Assembly: GCA_002269645.1 (NCBI GenBank)
Contig: NIVC01001795.1
Span: forward strand, 1-64,000
Source of the DNA: Macrostomum lignano
Lineage: Eukaryota
Length of the DNA: 64,000 bases
Reading direction: 5' to 3'
Position numbers and translations under genes: made by a program. Each line of letters begins with the position of its first letter. Within the stretch, counting starts at the first letter, position 1. The notes beneath the pieces were generated by a model that saw nothing but the letters and a program-made list of their open reading frames with translations, was not told the DNA's origin and searched no databases. Below, one piece after another: positions 36,101 to 49,600 of this stretch.

Positions 36101-38062
36101 CCCTTGTCCCCCTTCTTTCATCCGCACCTGACTGCCTTCTTACAGCCACCTTTCTTTGACCCTGCCTTTCTCCCACCCGCCCTCTCCACCTTATCCCTTC
36201 TTTTATCCACCCCTCTTGACCCCTTTCGTCTTCTCCTTCCAGCCACCCTTTGACTTCTTCTTTCCTCTATTCTGTCAGCTGCCTTGGCCCCCCTTTGCTC
36301 CTCCACCCGCTATTAAAAAAAGCTGTTAAAAGACATTTCGCTCTACTATAAGTAGCTGAACCAGCACCGCCAACCCGCATTTGTCTCGGCAGCGAATCCT
36401 TCCTATTCAACCACATGGAGCGCATCGCCGGTCTGCAGTCGCCGCGCACCCCTTTCCTCGGCGCCGCGCTCAGCTGCGCCCTCCGCGCCGGCAGCACCGG
36501 CGGCGACTTCGCAACCTCGCGCATCAACTGGGTGATCCAGAGCTCGGCGGTGGACTACCTGCACTGTCTGCTGGTGGCCTGCCGCTGGCTCACTGCCAAG
36601 TACGGCATCGACGCCCGGTTCGCGATCTCCATTCACGACGAGGTTCGCTACCTGGTGCGCGACAGCGACACCATGCGGTTCGCCCTGGCGTTGCAGCTGG
36701 CCAACCTGCTGACCAGGGCCTTCTTTGCCAGCCGGCTGGGCTTCCGAGACCTGCCGCAGGTGGGCGGGGCGCTGATTCGGGCTGGGTCATGGTGCCAGCT
36801 TAGGCTGGGTCATGGTGCCAGCTTAGGCTGGGTCATGGTGCCAGGTTAGGCTGGGTCATGGTGCCAGGTTAGGCTGGGTCATGGTGCCAGGTTAGGCTGG
36901 GTCATTGTGCTAGGTTAGGCTGGATCATTGTGCTAGGTTAGGCTGGATCATTGTGCTAGGTTAGGCTGGGTCATTGTGCTAGGTTAGGCTGGGTCATTGT
37001 GCTAGGTTAGGCTGGGTCATAGGACTAAGCCAGGATGAACCATGGCGATCTTTCAGGCCAGGCTGGGTCTCGGTGTTGGACGTACAGTTTATGCATCACT
37101 GGGTCAGCAATAGGTCACTGTACTTGAGAAGGGTGATTGGTAGCTTCAGCCATATTACCTTCAGCAGCAGGGTAAAATGAGGAGCCTTGAGCAACTTCTA
37201 ACATCTCTCCGGCTTTCAGTCTGTCGCCTTCTTCAGCGGCGTGGACATCGACAGCTGCATGCGCAAGGACCCGCTGGACGACTGCGTGACGCCCTCGAAC
37301 TCCGCCGGACTCCGGCTGGAGTACGGAATAGAGCCGGGTGAGTGCAGTGGCTGGGTCTGCGAGTCACTTCTGGGTCACTGGGTCTCCGAGTCTGTGGGTC
37401 ACTGGGTCACTGAGTCAGGGTCTGCGAGTCACTACTAGGTCACTGGGTCACCGAGTCTGTGGGTCACTGGGTCACTGAGTCAGGGTCTGCGAGTCACTAC
37501 TAGGTCACTGGGTCACCGAGTCTGTGGGTCACTGGGTCACTAAGTCAGGGTCTGCGAGTCACTTCTGGGTCACTGGGTCACCGAGTCTGTGGGTCACTGG
37601 GTCACTGAGTCTGTGGGTCACTGGGTCACTGAGTCAGGGTCTGCGAGTCACTACTAGGTCACTGGGTCACAGAGTCTGTGGGTCACTGGGTCACCGAGTC
37701 TGTGGGTCACTGGGTCACTGAGTCAGGGTCTGCGAGTCACTTCTGGGTCACTGGGTCACCGAGTCTGTGGGTCACTGGGTCACTGAGTCAGGGTCTGCGA
37801 GTCACTTCTGGGTCACCGAGTCTGTGGGTCACTGGGTCAATGAGTCAGGGTCTGCGAGTCACTACTAGGTCACTGGGTCACAGAGTCTTTGGGTCACTGG
37901 GTCACTGAAACTGTGAGTTACTGGGTCACTGAGTCTTTGGGTCACTGGGTCTGTGAGTCACTGGGTCACTGAATCTGCCATCAATTTCAAATTGCAGGAG
38001 TCACGCTTGACATCGAAAAGATACTGCAGGCCACAGGCGGTCGGCTTGACAAGTCAGCTTGA
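19502..38062 (+). CDS. POLG: Mitochondrial DNA polymerase gamma catalytic subunit, 10 exons, 1151 aa
   Basis: Exons 19502-19648, 20371-20894, 21701-21878, 23183-23679, 24054-24221, 31598-32267, 32986-33707, 36393-36759, 37220-37337, 37998-38062, all GT-AG and phase-consistent (3456 nt). Basic presequence-like N-terminus [19 protein letters not shown]; Exo I FDTE, Exo II GHFVAFD, Exo III YCARDV; pol motif [37 protein letters not shown]. Confidence 0.96.
20110..20335 (+). repeat. 25-bp minisatellite at the end of POLG intron 1
   Basis: CCCAAACCCTACAGCCCAATGTACA x~9. Confidence 0.85.
20871..21105 (+). repeat. 44-47-bp tandem repeat duplicating the POLG exon 2/intron 2 junction
   Basis: GGCTTTCGGCCTGGAGGGCTG|GTCCGT repeated 5 times; GT at 20895, 20939, 20986, 21033, 21078. 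Confidence 0.9.
22040..23165 (+). repeat. 13-14-bp minisatellite (AAAATCGCCCCCTA) filling POLG intron 3
   Basis: About 75 units, running almost to the exon 4 acceptor. Confidence 0.95.
22123..22218 (+). mobile_element. 5' fragment of the Helitron-like family at 11796, inserted in the intron 3 minisatellite
   Basis: A^TCCATATACTAAAAATGGTCTGTC...TATGTGATCGATT...AAAAATGGCT..CGATTTTGTTCGAACTT aligns with 11796-11880. Confidence 0.75.
24300..24592 (+). repeat. CTCCCAT low-complexity tract followed by a (CT)n microsatellite
   Basis: Direct reading. Confidence 0.9.
25333..26892 (+). repeat. 46-bp satellite (~34 near-identical copies) in POLG intron 5
   Basis: GCGGATGGTCACGTAGGCTGGCAGGTGAGAACAGTACAGACATCAT in tandem, no spacers. 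Confidence 0.97.
27095..27157 (+). repeat. (GA)n microsatellite
   Basis: About 30 GA units. Confidence 0.95.
27822..28409 (-). CDS. KCNIP: Kv channel-interacting protein (KChIP) / neuronal calcium sensor family EF-hand protein, single coding exon, nested antisense in POLG intron 5
   Basis: From ATG 28409 (195 aa): RYKPPPI..L...[32 protein letters not shown]..., [37 protein letters not shown]; the frame stays open upstream to at least 28553. Confidence 0.9.
   Translation of the reverse strand: MSDPDLQANFQRYKPPPIRLLAQRSKFSERELRLLYRGFKQDCPTGLVREEHICGIFAQLFPFGNPAPFARIIFNWLDVDKKESLPFHQYVMWLSELARGSVEEKIVWIFRLYDVNLDGTLSHEEICQFLASIYELLGSHARKKESAKSVHDHASQIFHQMDTEGKGSVTYEDFQRYCHSSPVIMKGLEVFDTCW
29950..30130 (+). 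repeat. 32-bp tandem repeat, ~5 copies
   Basis: GCATCCTCTGAGAAATTCCCCGTGAGGTATTA. Confidence 0.85.
31070..31535 (+). repeat. ~22-23-bp minisatellite with palindromic core TTCCA-CTC-TGGAA
   Basis: About 20 units ending just upstream of the POLG exon 6 acceptor. Confidence 0.9.
32290..32925 (+). repeat. 28-bp minisatellite filling POLG intron 6
   Basis: GATCCTCAGTTGCTGGGCCAGCCTCCCA units. Confidence 0.95.
33780..34420 (+). repeat. GGGAATTTTTCGAAT-type degenerate minisatellite in POLG intron 7
   Basis: Direct reading; causes the MGIGEFF pseudo-ORFs. Confidence 0.85.
34870..35225 (+). repeat. 17-bp purine-rich repeat (GAGGGTGAGGGAGCGGA)
   Basis: Direct reading. Confidence 0.9.
35745..36300 (+). 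repeat. Pyrimidine-rich degenerate repeat (TTGACCCCCT-like)
   Basis: Direct reading. Confidence 0.7.
36780..37022 (+). repeat. 23-bp minisatellite in POLG intron 8
   Basis: GGCTGGGTCATGGTGCCAGGTTA x~10. Confidence 0.9.
37350..37975 (+). repeat. GGGTCACTG-based composite minisatellite filling POLG intron 9
   Basis: Direct reading. Confidence 0.9.
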
Positions 38063-38784
38063 GCCTGACCCACATTTACCGGACAGTGTCCGGACAGTGC
38101 ATTCGTACTCAATTCGCGAGCCTATTTTTGTAGCCTATTTTACTGACATAATCTCGCACGAGAGCTTAACAAAGCCGGACATTTTACACATGAAAAATAA
38201 ATTGCATAACTGCTGTTGGAAACCCGCAGCTGAGCCATGAAAGGGCGCAATCTTCATGGTTACTGAAAGCATTTGTCAAATATCTGGAAACAAACTGCCG
38301 CTTGACAACACAATCTCTGGGTTGTTTATTTCTGTGAATTTCAATTTAGTTGCGATGGGATTAAAGTGATTGCATTTAAAAAACTGGGATTATTAAATTG
38401 CAAGAATCAGTGGGAGAATGACGACAAAATCCAGGATAAGCTCCGGGATGATGATAAGCCTATAAAATGCCAACATCAATGATTTCTGATAATGTCTGAT
38501 TGAAATCTGGAATAATAAAACTGCAGCCGGAGACAACACGGCAATGACTGAATGATGACTGCAGATATTGCACGAGCTGTCAGGGTCTGTGCGCTCGTGT
38601 TTGTACAGGGCAATCCGAGAACAGCACAACACTGAGCTTTTGTTCCTAGCAAGCAAGAGACTGCATGGCGCGCTTCTTTGCGGCAGTGAAATCCAATTAA
38701 TTTGTTAATGAGAAGACAACAGAGACTAGATTGAGGCGTAGAGGATGCCAAGGTGAGACTTCAATTCTGGAGCCTCTGTCTTAC

Positions 38785-39240
38785 AAGTGAAGCTCCTGTC
38801 TAACAGGTGAAGCCCCTGTCTAACGTGTAAAGCCTCCTGTCTAACAGGTAAAGCTCCTGTCTAACGTGTGAAGCCCCTGTCTAACAGGTAAAGCTCCTGT
38901 CTAACGTGTGAAGCCCCTGTCTAACAGGTGAAGCTTCTGATTAACAGATGAAGCTCCTGTCTAACAGGTGAAGCCCCTGTCTAACGTGTAAAGCCTCCTG
39001 TCTAACAGGTAAAGCTCCTGTCTAACGTGTGAAGCCCCTGTCTAACAGGTGAAGCTTTTGTTTAACAGATGAAGCTCCTGTCTAACAGGTAAAGCCCCTG
39101 TCTAACGTGTGAAGCCCATGTCTAACAGGTAAAGCTCCTGTCTAACATGTGAAGTCCCTGCCTAACAGGTGAAGCCCCTGTCTAACAGGCGGCGAAGTCC
39201 TTATCTATCAGACAGAGAAGCTCTTGTCTAACAGGTGTTA
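38785..39240 (+). repeat. 20-bp minisatellite between the convergent POLG and TNFAIP8 3' ends
   Basis: AAGCTCCTGTCTAACAGGTG units. Confidence 0.9.
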
Positions 39241-39385
39241 CCGACTCGAACAGACAAAATCGGGTCCTGCCGGCTTGTAACAGGTTTCAAGGCAACACTC
39301 AATGCTATAACAGTCAACACGGACACTGATAACGATTCCAATCCAAATCCAGCATAGTGAAGCCATCAGCTCAAGGCTCAGGTGG

Positions 39386-40053
39386 TCAGACCACGCCCCT
39401 GTCCAGCAGCTCCTGCACATCCTGGCACAGGCTGGTCATGTGCGGGGCCAGCGGCGAGCTCCGGTCGAACAGGGCCTGCAGGAAGCGGGGCTCCGTGAAC
39501 AGATCCGAGCAGGTGCGAATGCTGGTCAGCGACTTCTCGCTCAGGTGCCGCCGGACCATTCGCAGGGCGATGGCCTCGCAGTCCCTGAACTGCTTGGCCA
39601 GTTTCTCCTTGTCCAGCTGCCGGCGGCCCCGCTGCATGAGCACCAGGTCGGTGGCGAGGTCGTTGAAGCGATCGCGAAACTGATCGGCGAGGGCCTTCTC
39701 GCTCTCCGACAGGATGTCGTGCGTGTACAGCACGGCGACTTTCATGTTGAGCTTCACGATGTGCTTCATGGTCTTCTGGGCGCGGCTCCGCGACCCCGTG
39801 TGCAGCTTCACGATCCGGTAGATGGAGTCGAAGGCTCGCGCCGAGGTGGCGTCGATGAAGATCTTCACCGCCTTCTGGTTGGCCAGCTTGCCGATCAGCT
39901 TCTTCTGGGCGCGGAGGCTCACGGACTGGGCGCTGAACTTCGAGGAGTTCGCCTCTCCGTCCCCGCCGCTGCCGCCGCTGCTGCCGGCCCCGCCCACCGC
40001 TCCCGGCTCCGAGTCTGCGGAGGGGTTCGGGCCGCTTGACAGACTGGGCTGAG
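39386..40053 (-). CDS. TNFAIP8: TNFAIP8/TIPE family protein, main coding exon
   Basis: FSAQSVSLRAQKKLIGKLA..FIDATS..FD.IY......A.K.MK.IVK..MKVAVLY...HLSEKSL.SI...F..P.FL..LF..L..G is diagnostic of the family; acceptor at 40055-40054; tentative short first exon (ATG GCA ATT C|GT) at 41217-41208, low confidence. Confidence 0.92.
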
Positions 40054-40069
40054 CTGGGATTTGATGGGG

Positions 40070-40620
40070 ATGGGAGGGGATCGGTGGGAGAGGGGGGAGA
40101 GAGACGGAGAGGAGGGGAAGAGAGAGAGAGGAGGGGAAGAGAGAGAGAGGAGGGGAAGAGAGAGAGAGGAGGGGAAGAGAGAGAGAGGAGGGGAAGAGAA
40201 AGGGAGAGGAGGGGAAGAGAGAGGGAGAGGAGGGGAAGAGAAAGGGAGAGGAGGGGAAGAGAAAGGGAGAGGAGGGGAAGAGAAAGGGAGAGGAGGGGAA
40301 GAGAAAGGGAGAGGAGGGGAAGAGAGAGGGAGAGGAGGGGAAGAGAGAGAGATGGAGAGACGAGAGAGGGAGAGGAGGGGAAGAGAAAGGGAGAGGAGGG
40401 GAAGAGAGAGAGAGAGGAGGGGAAGAGAAAGGGAGAGGAGGGGAAGAGAAAGGGAGAGGAGGGGAAGAGAAAGGGAGAGGAGGGGAAGAGAAAGGGAGAG
40501 GAGGGGAAGAGAAAGGGAGAGGAGGGGAAGAGAAAGGGAGAGGAGGGGAAGAGAGAGGGAGAGGAGGGGAAGAGAGAGAGATGGAGAGACGAGAGAGGGA
40601 GAGGAGGGGAAGAGAGACGG
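40070..40620 (+). repeat. Purine-rich ~21-bp repeat (GAGAGGAGGGGAAGAGAAAGG) in the TNFAIP8 intron
   Basis: Direct reading; produces the ERERRGR / LSLPL pseudo-ORFs. Confidence 0.9.
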
Positions 40621-40884
40621 AGTTAGATCAAAGAAAGTGGAGAAAAAATAGTGCAGAAAAATGAGTAAAGAGCAGTTTAAAACAGTTATATTTTCTGTCG
40701 TGGCGATTTTCAGTTCCTGGCTGACGGGGGAAGCCGCAATTATCGAAATTAGAGCCTTTCCGAAGAAAAGCATTCTTGAGAAGTCTGCGCCCGAGAAAAT
40801 GACAATGAGCCAACTGGTTTTGGCGAACCTGTGCTTTTTGACGAGATAGCGAAAATGAGGAGTTACAATGCTCGGTCTTGGATG

Positions 40885-41195
40885 ATAGAGGGAGGGAGAT
40901 GACGGGGAGATGATAGAGGGAGATGACAGAGGGAGATGACAGAGGGAGATGACAGAAAGAGATGCTAGAGTAGATGACAGAAAGACATGACAAGAGGAAG
41001 ATGATAGAGGAAGATGATAGAGGGAGATGACAGAGGGAGATGACAGAGGGAGATGACAGAGGGAGATGACGGGGAGATGATAGAGGGAGATGACAGAAAG
41101 AGATGATAGAGGGAGATGACAGAGGGAGATGATAGACAGAGAGAAAAGAGGGAGATGACAGAGGGAGATGGTAGAGGAAGATGACAGAGGGAGAA
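40885..41195 (+). repeat. 13-bp repeat (AGAGGGAGATGAC)
   Basis: Direct reading. Confidence 0.85.
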
Positions 41196-41519
41196 AAGGA
41201 AAAGCACGAATTGCCATTAAAGAAAAAGAAGCTTTAAGTTCCGACTTGATGAAGCTGCTGAAGCAAGGACGTAATGTGGCAGCCTCTTTACCAAACAGGG
41301 ATCTCATATTTCTGTGCCTCAAAAACCAGATTACCAGAATAACTAAGCCTGCAGCAGTTAATTTCCTGCTTTCACAAATTACTTTTATGATTCCATTGAC
41401 AATAAACATTTCCTGTTGTCGCTTGGGGCCCAGGAGTTTGTAAAATTGTTTGCAACTTTTGCTGGCAGTTCCATTTACGTTTGAAATGAACTTTTAACCG
41501 TACTAATACTTCATACTGG

Positions 41520-42595
41520 TGACGACTGATTGTCACTTAAGATATCACTCTAATTGTCACTCTGATCGTCACTCTGATCGTCACTCTGATTGTCACTCTG
41601 ATCGTCACTCTGATCGTCACTCTGATTGTCACTCAAGATATCACTCTGATTGTCACTTTGATTGTCACTCAAGACATCACTCTGATTTTCACTCTGATTG
41701 ATACTCTGACTGTCACTCTGATTGTCACTCTGATTGTTGTTGTGGCTATCACTCTGATTGTCACTCTGGATATCACTCCGATTATCACTCTGATCGGCAC
41801 TCTGGCTATCACTCCGATTGTCACTCTGATTGTCACTCTGATTGTCACTCTGATTGTCACTCAAGATATCACTCTGATTGTCACTTTGATTGTCACTCAA
41901 GACATCACTCTGATTTTCACTCTGATTGATACTCTGACTGTCACTCTGATTGTCACTCTGATTGTTGTTGTGGCTATCACTCTGATTGTCACTCTGGCTA
42001 TCACTCCGATTGCCACTCAAGATATCACTCCAATTGTCACTCTGATCGGCACTCTGGCTATCACTCCGATTGTCGCTCTGATTGTCACTCTGATTGTCAC
42101 TCAAGACATCACTCTGATTTTCACTCTGATTGATACTCTGACTGTCACTCTGACTGTCACTCTGATTGTTGTTGTGGCTATCACTCTGATTGTCACTCTG
42201 GATATCACTCCGATTGTCACTCTGATCGGCACTCTGGCTATCACTCCGATTGTCACTCTGATTGTCACTCTGATTGTCACTCTGATTGTCACTCAAGATA
42301 TCACTCTGATTGTCACTTTGATTGTCACTCAAGACATCACTCTGATTTTCACTCTGATTGATACTCTGACTGTCACTCTGATTGTCACTCTGATTGTTGT
42401 TGTGGCTATCTCTCTGATTGTCACTCTGGCTATCACTCCGATTGCCACTCTGATTGTCACTCTGGCTATCAATCTGCTTATTACCCTAATTTTCACTCTG
42501 ATTGTCACCCTAATCTCAACTCTGATTGTCACCCTGATTGTCACTCTTAATCTTGTTATCACTCCGATTGTCACTCTATAGCTATCACTATACGA
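41520..42595 (+). repeat. 12-bp minisatellite (GTCACTCTGATT) with 204-228-bp higher-order structure
   Basis: Marker ATACTCTGACTG at 41701, 41929, 42133, 42361; SDNQ / VTLI pseudo-ORFs. Confidence 0.92.
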
Positions 42596-43608
42596 GATTG
42601 GCGGCAATCTAGCTATCAATCCACAAGATCACTGCTCACCTGACAGGCTACCCTGATCGGACATGGGTCTGCAGACTTCGGCAGATAATTGAATTATTTT
42701 CCAATCCAATCGAATCTCCAGTCGGAGGACGCCTTTCTTAGAAAGAGAAATAATTAGAAAATGCAGAAGTCTCAATCTGTGTTGCGCTGTTGCAAGTACG
42801 AACTGCAAAAAAAGCTCAATGCAAACTTGATTAGCTGGGCCTGCGAATGCCTGGGCCTCTGGTCGAAGCTCCACAGAACCCAGAGCAGTTGAAATATTTC
42901 TGAAGACTCAGTACTCTGCTCTGTTCGTATCTCTACGCGCGCTCTCGTGCTCTTATCAGGGCCGACTGGTTGTGACCTCTCAGTGCCACTGCAGCCCCTG
43001 CTCAAATTCACATGTACTCAAATTTGTGCGGGGCAGACGGGCGGAGGCCCTCCTCACCCACCCTCTGCCTGAGCCAACCCCCCCCCCCTCAGCATCTGCC
43101 CTGGTGCCTCAGCCGAACGCACAAAGCGTGAATGCATTGCAATAATAACAATATTTATTGCATTACAGAATTCGTTAGTGCAGACCTATCAGTGCGTTTA
43201 TTTGCATCTCAAAGACTCAGAATTTTAGAGAGATTTAGTATAGGTAGAAGATATTGCGATAATGCATCAATATGGAACGGAGAGAAACATTCTGAGGTGG
43301 AGGCTCGAGTTCGATACAGAATTAGGGATGCCTCACGCCCAGGCTCCTCACCCCCTCACCCCCTCTGAGCACAGAGCTGCATCCTGTACTCAGGCGGCCC
43401 GCAGCTTCCTCCCTCATCGCCGCCGCTCCTCATTTCGATAAAAAGAGGATGCACTTTTGCGCCGGGATTTCGAGGCCAAGAAAACTGGGAGGCTGGAACT
43501 CTGCTACTAAGATTGATGGAGCGCCTTCCCAATCTGCGATATTGCCTCTGTGGGAGTTCTTTTCATTTGTGAGGCCTCGAGACTCAAGAGATAGAACACT
43601 GGCTAGGG

Positions 43609-46600
43609 ACAGGTAGAACACGGACACCAGACAGATAGAACACGGACACCAGACAGATAGAACACTGACACCAGACAGGTAGAACACGGACACCAGACAG
43701 ATGGAACACGGACACCAGACAGATGGAACACGGACACCAGACAGATAGAACACGGACACCAGACAGATAGAACACGGACACCAGACAGATAGAACACGGA
43801 CACCAGACAGATAGAACACGGACACCAGACAGATAGAACACGGACACCAGACAGGTAGAACACGGACACCAGACAGATAGAACACGGACACCAGACAGAT
43901 AGAACACGGACACCAGACAGATAGAACACGGACACCAGACAGATAGAACACGGACACCAGACAGGTAGAACACGGACACCAGACAGATAGAACACGGACA
44001 CCAGACAGATAGAACACGGACACCAGACAGATGGAATATAAACACCAGACAGGTAGAACACGGACACCAGACAGATAGAACACGGACACCAGACAGATGG
44101 AATATAAACACCAGACAGATAGAACACGGACACCAGACAGGTAGAACACGGACACCAGACAGATAGAACACGGACACCAGACAGATGGAATATAAACACC
44201 AGACAGATAGAACACGGACACCAGACAGATGGAATATAAACACCAGACAGATAGAACACGGACACCAGACAGATAGAACACGGACACCAGACAGATAGAA
44301 CACGGACACCAGACAGATAGAACACGGACACCAGACAGATAGAACACGGACACCAGACAGATAGAACACGGACACCAGACAGATAGAACACGGACACCAG
44401 ACAGATAGAACACGGACACCAGAAAGATAGAACACGGACACCAGACAGGTAGAACACGGACACCAGACAGATAGAACACGGACACCAGACAGATGGAATA
44501 TAAACACCAGACAGATAGAACACGGACACCAGACAGATAGAACACGGACACCAGACAGATAGAACACGGACACCAGACAGATAGAACACGGACACCAGAC
44601 AGATAGAACACGGACACCAGACAGATAGAACACGGACACCAGACAGATAGAACACGGACACCGGACAGATGGAATATAAACACCAGACAGATAGAACACG
44701 GACACCAGACAGATGGAACACGGACACCAGACAGATAGAACACGGACACCAGACAGATAGAACACGGACACCAGACAGATAGAACACGGACACCAGACAG
44801 GTAGAACACGGACACCAGACAGATAGAACACGGACACCAGACAGATGGAACACGGACACCAGACAGATAGAACACGGACACCAGACAGATAGAACACGGA
44901 CACCAGACAGATAGAACACGGACACCAGACAGGTAGAACACGGACACCAGACAGATAGAACACGGACACCAGACAGATGGAACACGGACACCAGACAGAT
45001 AGAACACGGACACCAGACAGATAGAACACGGACACCAGACAGGTAGAACACGGACACCAGACAGATAGAACACGGACACCAGACAGATAGAACACGGACA
45101 CCAGACAGATAGAACACGGACACCAGACAGATAGAACACGGACACCAGACAGATAGAACACGGACACCAGACAGATAGAACACGGACACCAGACAGATAG
45201 AACACGGACACCAGACAGATAGAACACGGACACCAGACAGGTAGAACACGGACACCAGACAGATGGAATATAAACACCAGACAGATGGAATATAAACACC
45301 AGACAGATAGAACACGGACACCAGACAGATAGAACACGGACACCAGACAGATAGAACACGGACACCAGACAGGTAGAACACGGACACCAGACAGATAGAA
45401 CACGGACACCAGACAGATGGAACACGGACACCAGACAGATAGAACACGGACACCAGACAGATAGAACACGGACACCAGACAGGTAGAACACGGACACCAG
45501 ACAGATAGAACACGGACACCAGACAGGTAGAACACGGACACCAGACAGATAGAACACGGACACCAGACAGATAGAACACGGACACCAGACAGATAGAACA
45601 CGGACACCAGACAGATGGAACACGGACACCAGACAGGTAGAACACGGACACCAGACAGGTAGAACACGGACACCAGACAGATAGAACACGGACACCAGAC
45701 AGATGGAACACGGACACCAGACAGATAGAACACGGACACCAGACAGATAGAACACGGACACCAGACAGATAGAACACGGACACCAGACAGATAGAACACG
45801 GACACCAGACAGATAGAACACGGACACCAGACAGATAGAACACGGACACCAGACAGATAGAACACGGACACCAGACAGATGGAACACGGACACCAGACAG
45901 ATAGAACACGGACACCAGACAGATAGAACACGGACACCAGACAGGTAGAACACGGACACCAGACAGATAGAACACGGACACCAGACAGATGGAATATAAA
46001 CACCAGACAGATAGAACACGGACACCAGACAGATAGAACACGGACACCAGACAGATAGAACACGGACACCAGACAGATGGAATATAAACACCAGACAGGT
46101 AGAACACGGACACCAGACAGATAGAACACGGACACCAGACAGATGGAATATAAACACCAGACAGATAGAACACGGACACCAGACAGATAGAACACGGACA
46201 CCAGACAGATGGAATATAAACACCAGACAGATAGAACACGGACACCAGACAGATAGAACACGGACACCAGACAGGTAGAACACGGACACCAGACAGATAG
46301 AACACGGACACCAGACAGATGGAATATAAACACCAGACAGATAGAACACGGACACCAGACAGATAGAACACGGACACCAGACAGATAGAACACGGACACC
46401 AGACAGATAGAACACGGACACCAGACAGATAGAACACGGACACCAGACAGATAGAACACGGACACCAGACAGGTAGAACACGGACACCAGACAGATGGAA
46501 TATAAACACCAGACAGATAGAACACGGACACCAGACAGATAGAACACGGACACCAGACAGATAGAACACGGACACCAGACAGGTAGAACACGGACACCAG

Positions 46601-49600
46601 ACAGATAGAACACGGACACCAGACAGATGGAACACGGACACCAGACAGATAGAACACGGACACCAGACAGATAGAACACGGACACCAGACAGGTAGAACA
46701 CGGACACCAGACAGATAGAACACGGACACCAGACAGATGGAATATAAACACCAGACAGATAGAACACGGACACCAGACAGGTAGAACACGGACACCAGAC
46801 AGATAGAACACGGACACCAGACAGATGGAATATAAACACCAGACAGATAGAACACGGACACCAGACAGATAGAACACGGACACCAGACAGGTAGAACACG
46901 GACACCAGACAGATAGAACACGGACACCAGACAGATGGAATATAAACACCAGACAGATAGAACACGGACACCAGACAGATAGAACACGGACACCAGACAG
47001 ATAGAACACGGACACCAGACAGATAGAACACGGACACCAGACAGATAGAACACGGACACCAGACAGATAGAACACGGACACCAGACAGGTAGAACACGGA
47101 CACCAGACAGATGGAATATAAACACCAGACAGATAGAACACGGACACCAGACAGATAGAACACGGACACCAGACAGATAGAACACGGACACCAGACAGGT
47201 AGAACACGGACACCAGACAGATAGAACACGGACACCAGACAGATGGAACACGGACACCAGACAGATAGAACACGGACACCAGACAGATAGAACACGGACA
47301 CCAGACAGGTAGAACACGGACACCAGACAGATAGAACACGGACACCAGACAGATGGAATATAAACACCAGACAGATAGAACACGGACACCAGACAGATAG
47401 AACACGGACACCAGACAGATAGAACACGGACACCAGACAGATAGAACACGGACACCAGACAGATAGAACACGGACACCAGACAGATAGAACACGGACACC
47501 AGACAGGTAGAACACGGACACCAGACAGATAGAACACGGACACCAGACAGATAGAACACGGACACCAGACAGATAGAACACGGACACCAGACAGATAGAA
47601 CACGGACACCAGACAGATAGAACACGGACACCAGACAGATAGAACACGGACACCAGACAGGTAGAACACGGACACCAGACAGATAGAACACGGACACCAG
47701 ACAGATGGAACACGGACACCAGACAGATAGAACACGGACACCAGACAGATAGAACACGGACACCAGACAGGTAGAACACGGACACCAGACAGATAGAACA
47801 CGGACACCAGACAGATGGAATATAAACACCAGACAGATAGAACACGGACACCAGACAGATAGAACACGGACACCAGACAGATAGAACACGGACACCAGAC
47901 AGGTAGAACACGGACACCAGACAGATAGAACACGGACACCAGACAGATGGAACACGGACACCAGACAGATAGAACACGGACACCAGACAGATAGAACACG
48001 GACACCAGACAGGTAGAACACGGACACCAGACAGATAGAACACGGACACCAGACAGATGGAATATAAACACCAGACAGATAGAACACGGACACCAGACAG
48101 ATAGAACACGGACACCAGACAGATAGAACACGGACACCAGACAGATAGAACACGGACACCAGACAGATAGAACACGGACACCAGACAGATAGAACACGGA
48201 CACCAGACAGATAGAACACGGACACCAGACAGATAGAACACGGACACCAGACAGATAGAACACGGACACCAGACAGATAGAACACGGACACCAGACAGAT
48301 AGAACACGGACACCAGACAGGTAGAACACGGACACCAGACAGATAGAACACGGACACCAGACAGATAGAACACGGACACCAGACAGATAGAACACGGACA
48401 CCAGACAGATAGAACACGGACACCAGACAGGTAGAACACGGACACCAGACAGATAGAACACGGACACCAGACAGATAGAACACGGACACCAGACAGATGG
48501 AATATAAACACCAGACAGGTAGAACACGGACACCAGACAGATAGAACACGGACACCAGACAGATGGAATATAAACACCAGACAGATAGAACACGGACACC
48601 AGACAGGTAGAACACGGACACCAGACAGATAGAACACGGACACCAGACAGATGGAATATAAACACCAGACAGATAGAACACGGACACCAGACAGATGGAA
48701 TATAAACACCAGACAGATAGAACACGGACACCAGACAGATAGAACACGGACACCAGACAGATAGAACACGGACACCAGACAGATAGAACACGGACACCAG
48801 ACAGATAGAACACGGACACCAGACAGATAGAACACGGACACCAGACAGATAGAACACGGACACCAGACAGATAGAACACGGACACCAGACAGATAGAACA
48901 CGGACACCAGACAGGTAGAACACGGACACCAGACAGATAGAACACGGACACCAGACAGATGGAATATAAACACCAGACAGATAGAACACGGACACCAGAC
49001 AGGTAGAACACGGACACCAGACAGATGGAATATAAACACCAGACAGATAGAACACGGACACCAGACAGATAGAACACGGACACCAGACAGATAGAACACG
49101 GACACCGGACAGATGGAATATAAACACCAGACAGATAGAACACGGACACCAGACAGATGGAACACGGACACCAGACAGATAGAACACGGACACCAGACAG
49201 ATAGAACACGGACACCAGACAGATAGAACACGGACACCAGACAGATAGAACACGGACACCAGACAGATAGAACACGGACACCAGACAGATAGAACACGGA
49301 CACCAGACAGATAGAACACGGACACCAGACAGATAGAACACGGACACCAGACAGATAGAACACGGACACCAGACAGGTAGAACACGGACACCAGACAGAT
49401 AGAACACGGACACCAGACAGATAGAACACGGACACCAGACAGATAGAACACGGACACCAGACAGATAGAACACGGACACCAGACAGGTAGAACACGGACA
49501 CCAGACAGATAGAACACGGACACCAGACAGATAGAACACGGACACCAGACAGATAGAACACGGACACCAGACAGATAGAACACGGACACCAGACAGATAG

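Noticed and set aside
39919-41409. 496-aa and related ORFs across the TNFAIP8 intron
   Set aside because: Mostly translations of purine/pyrimidine repeats
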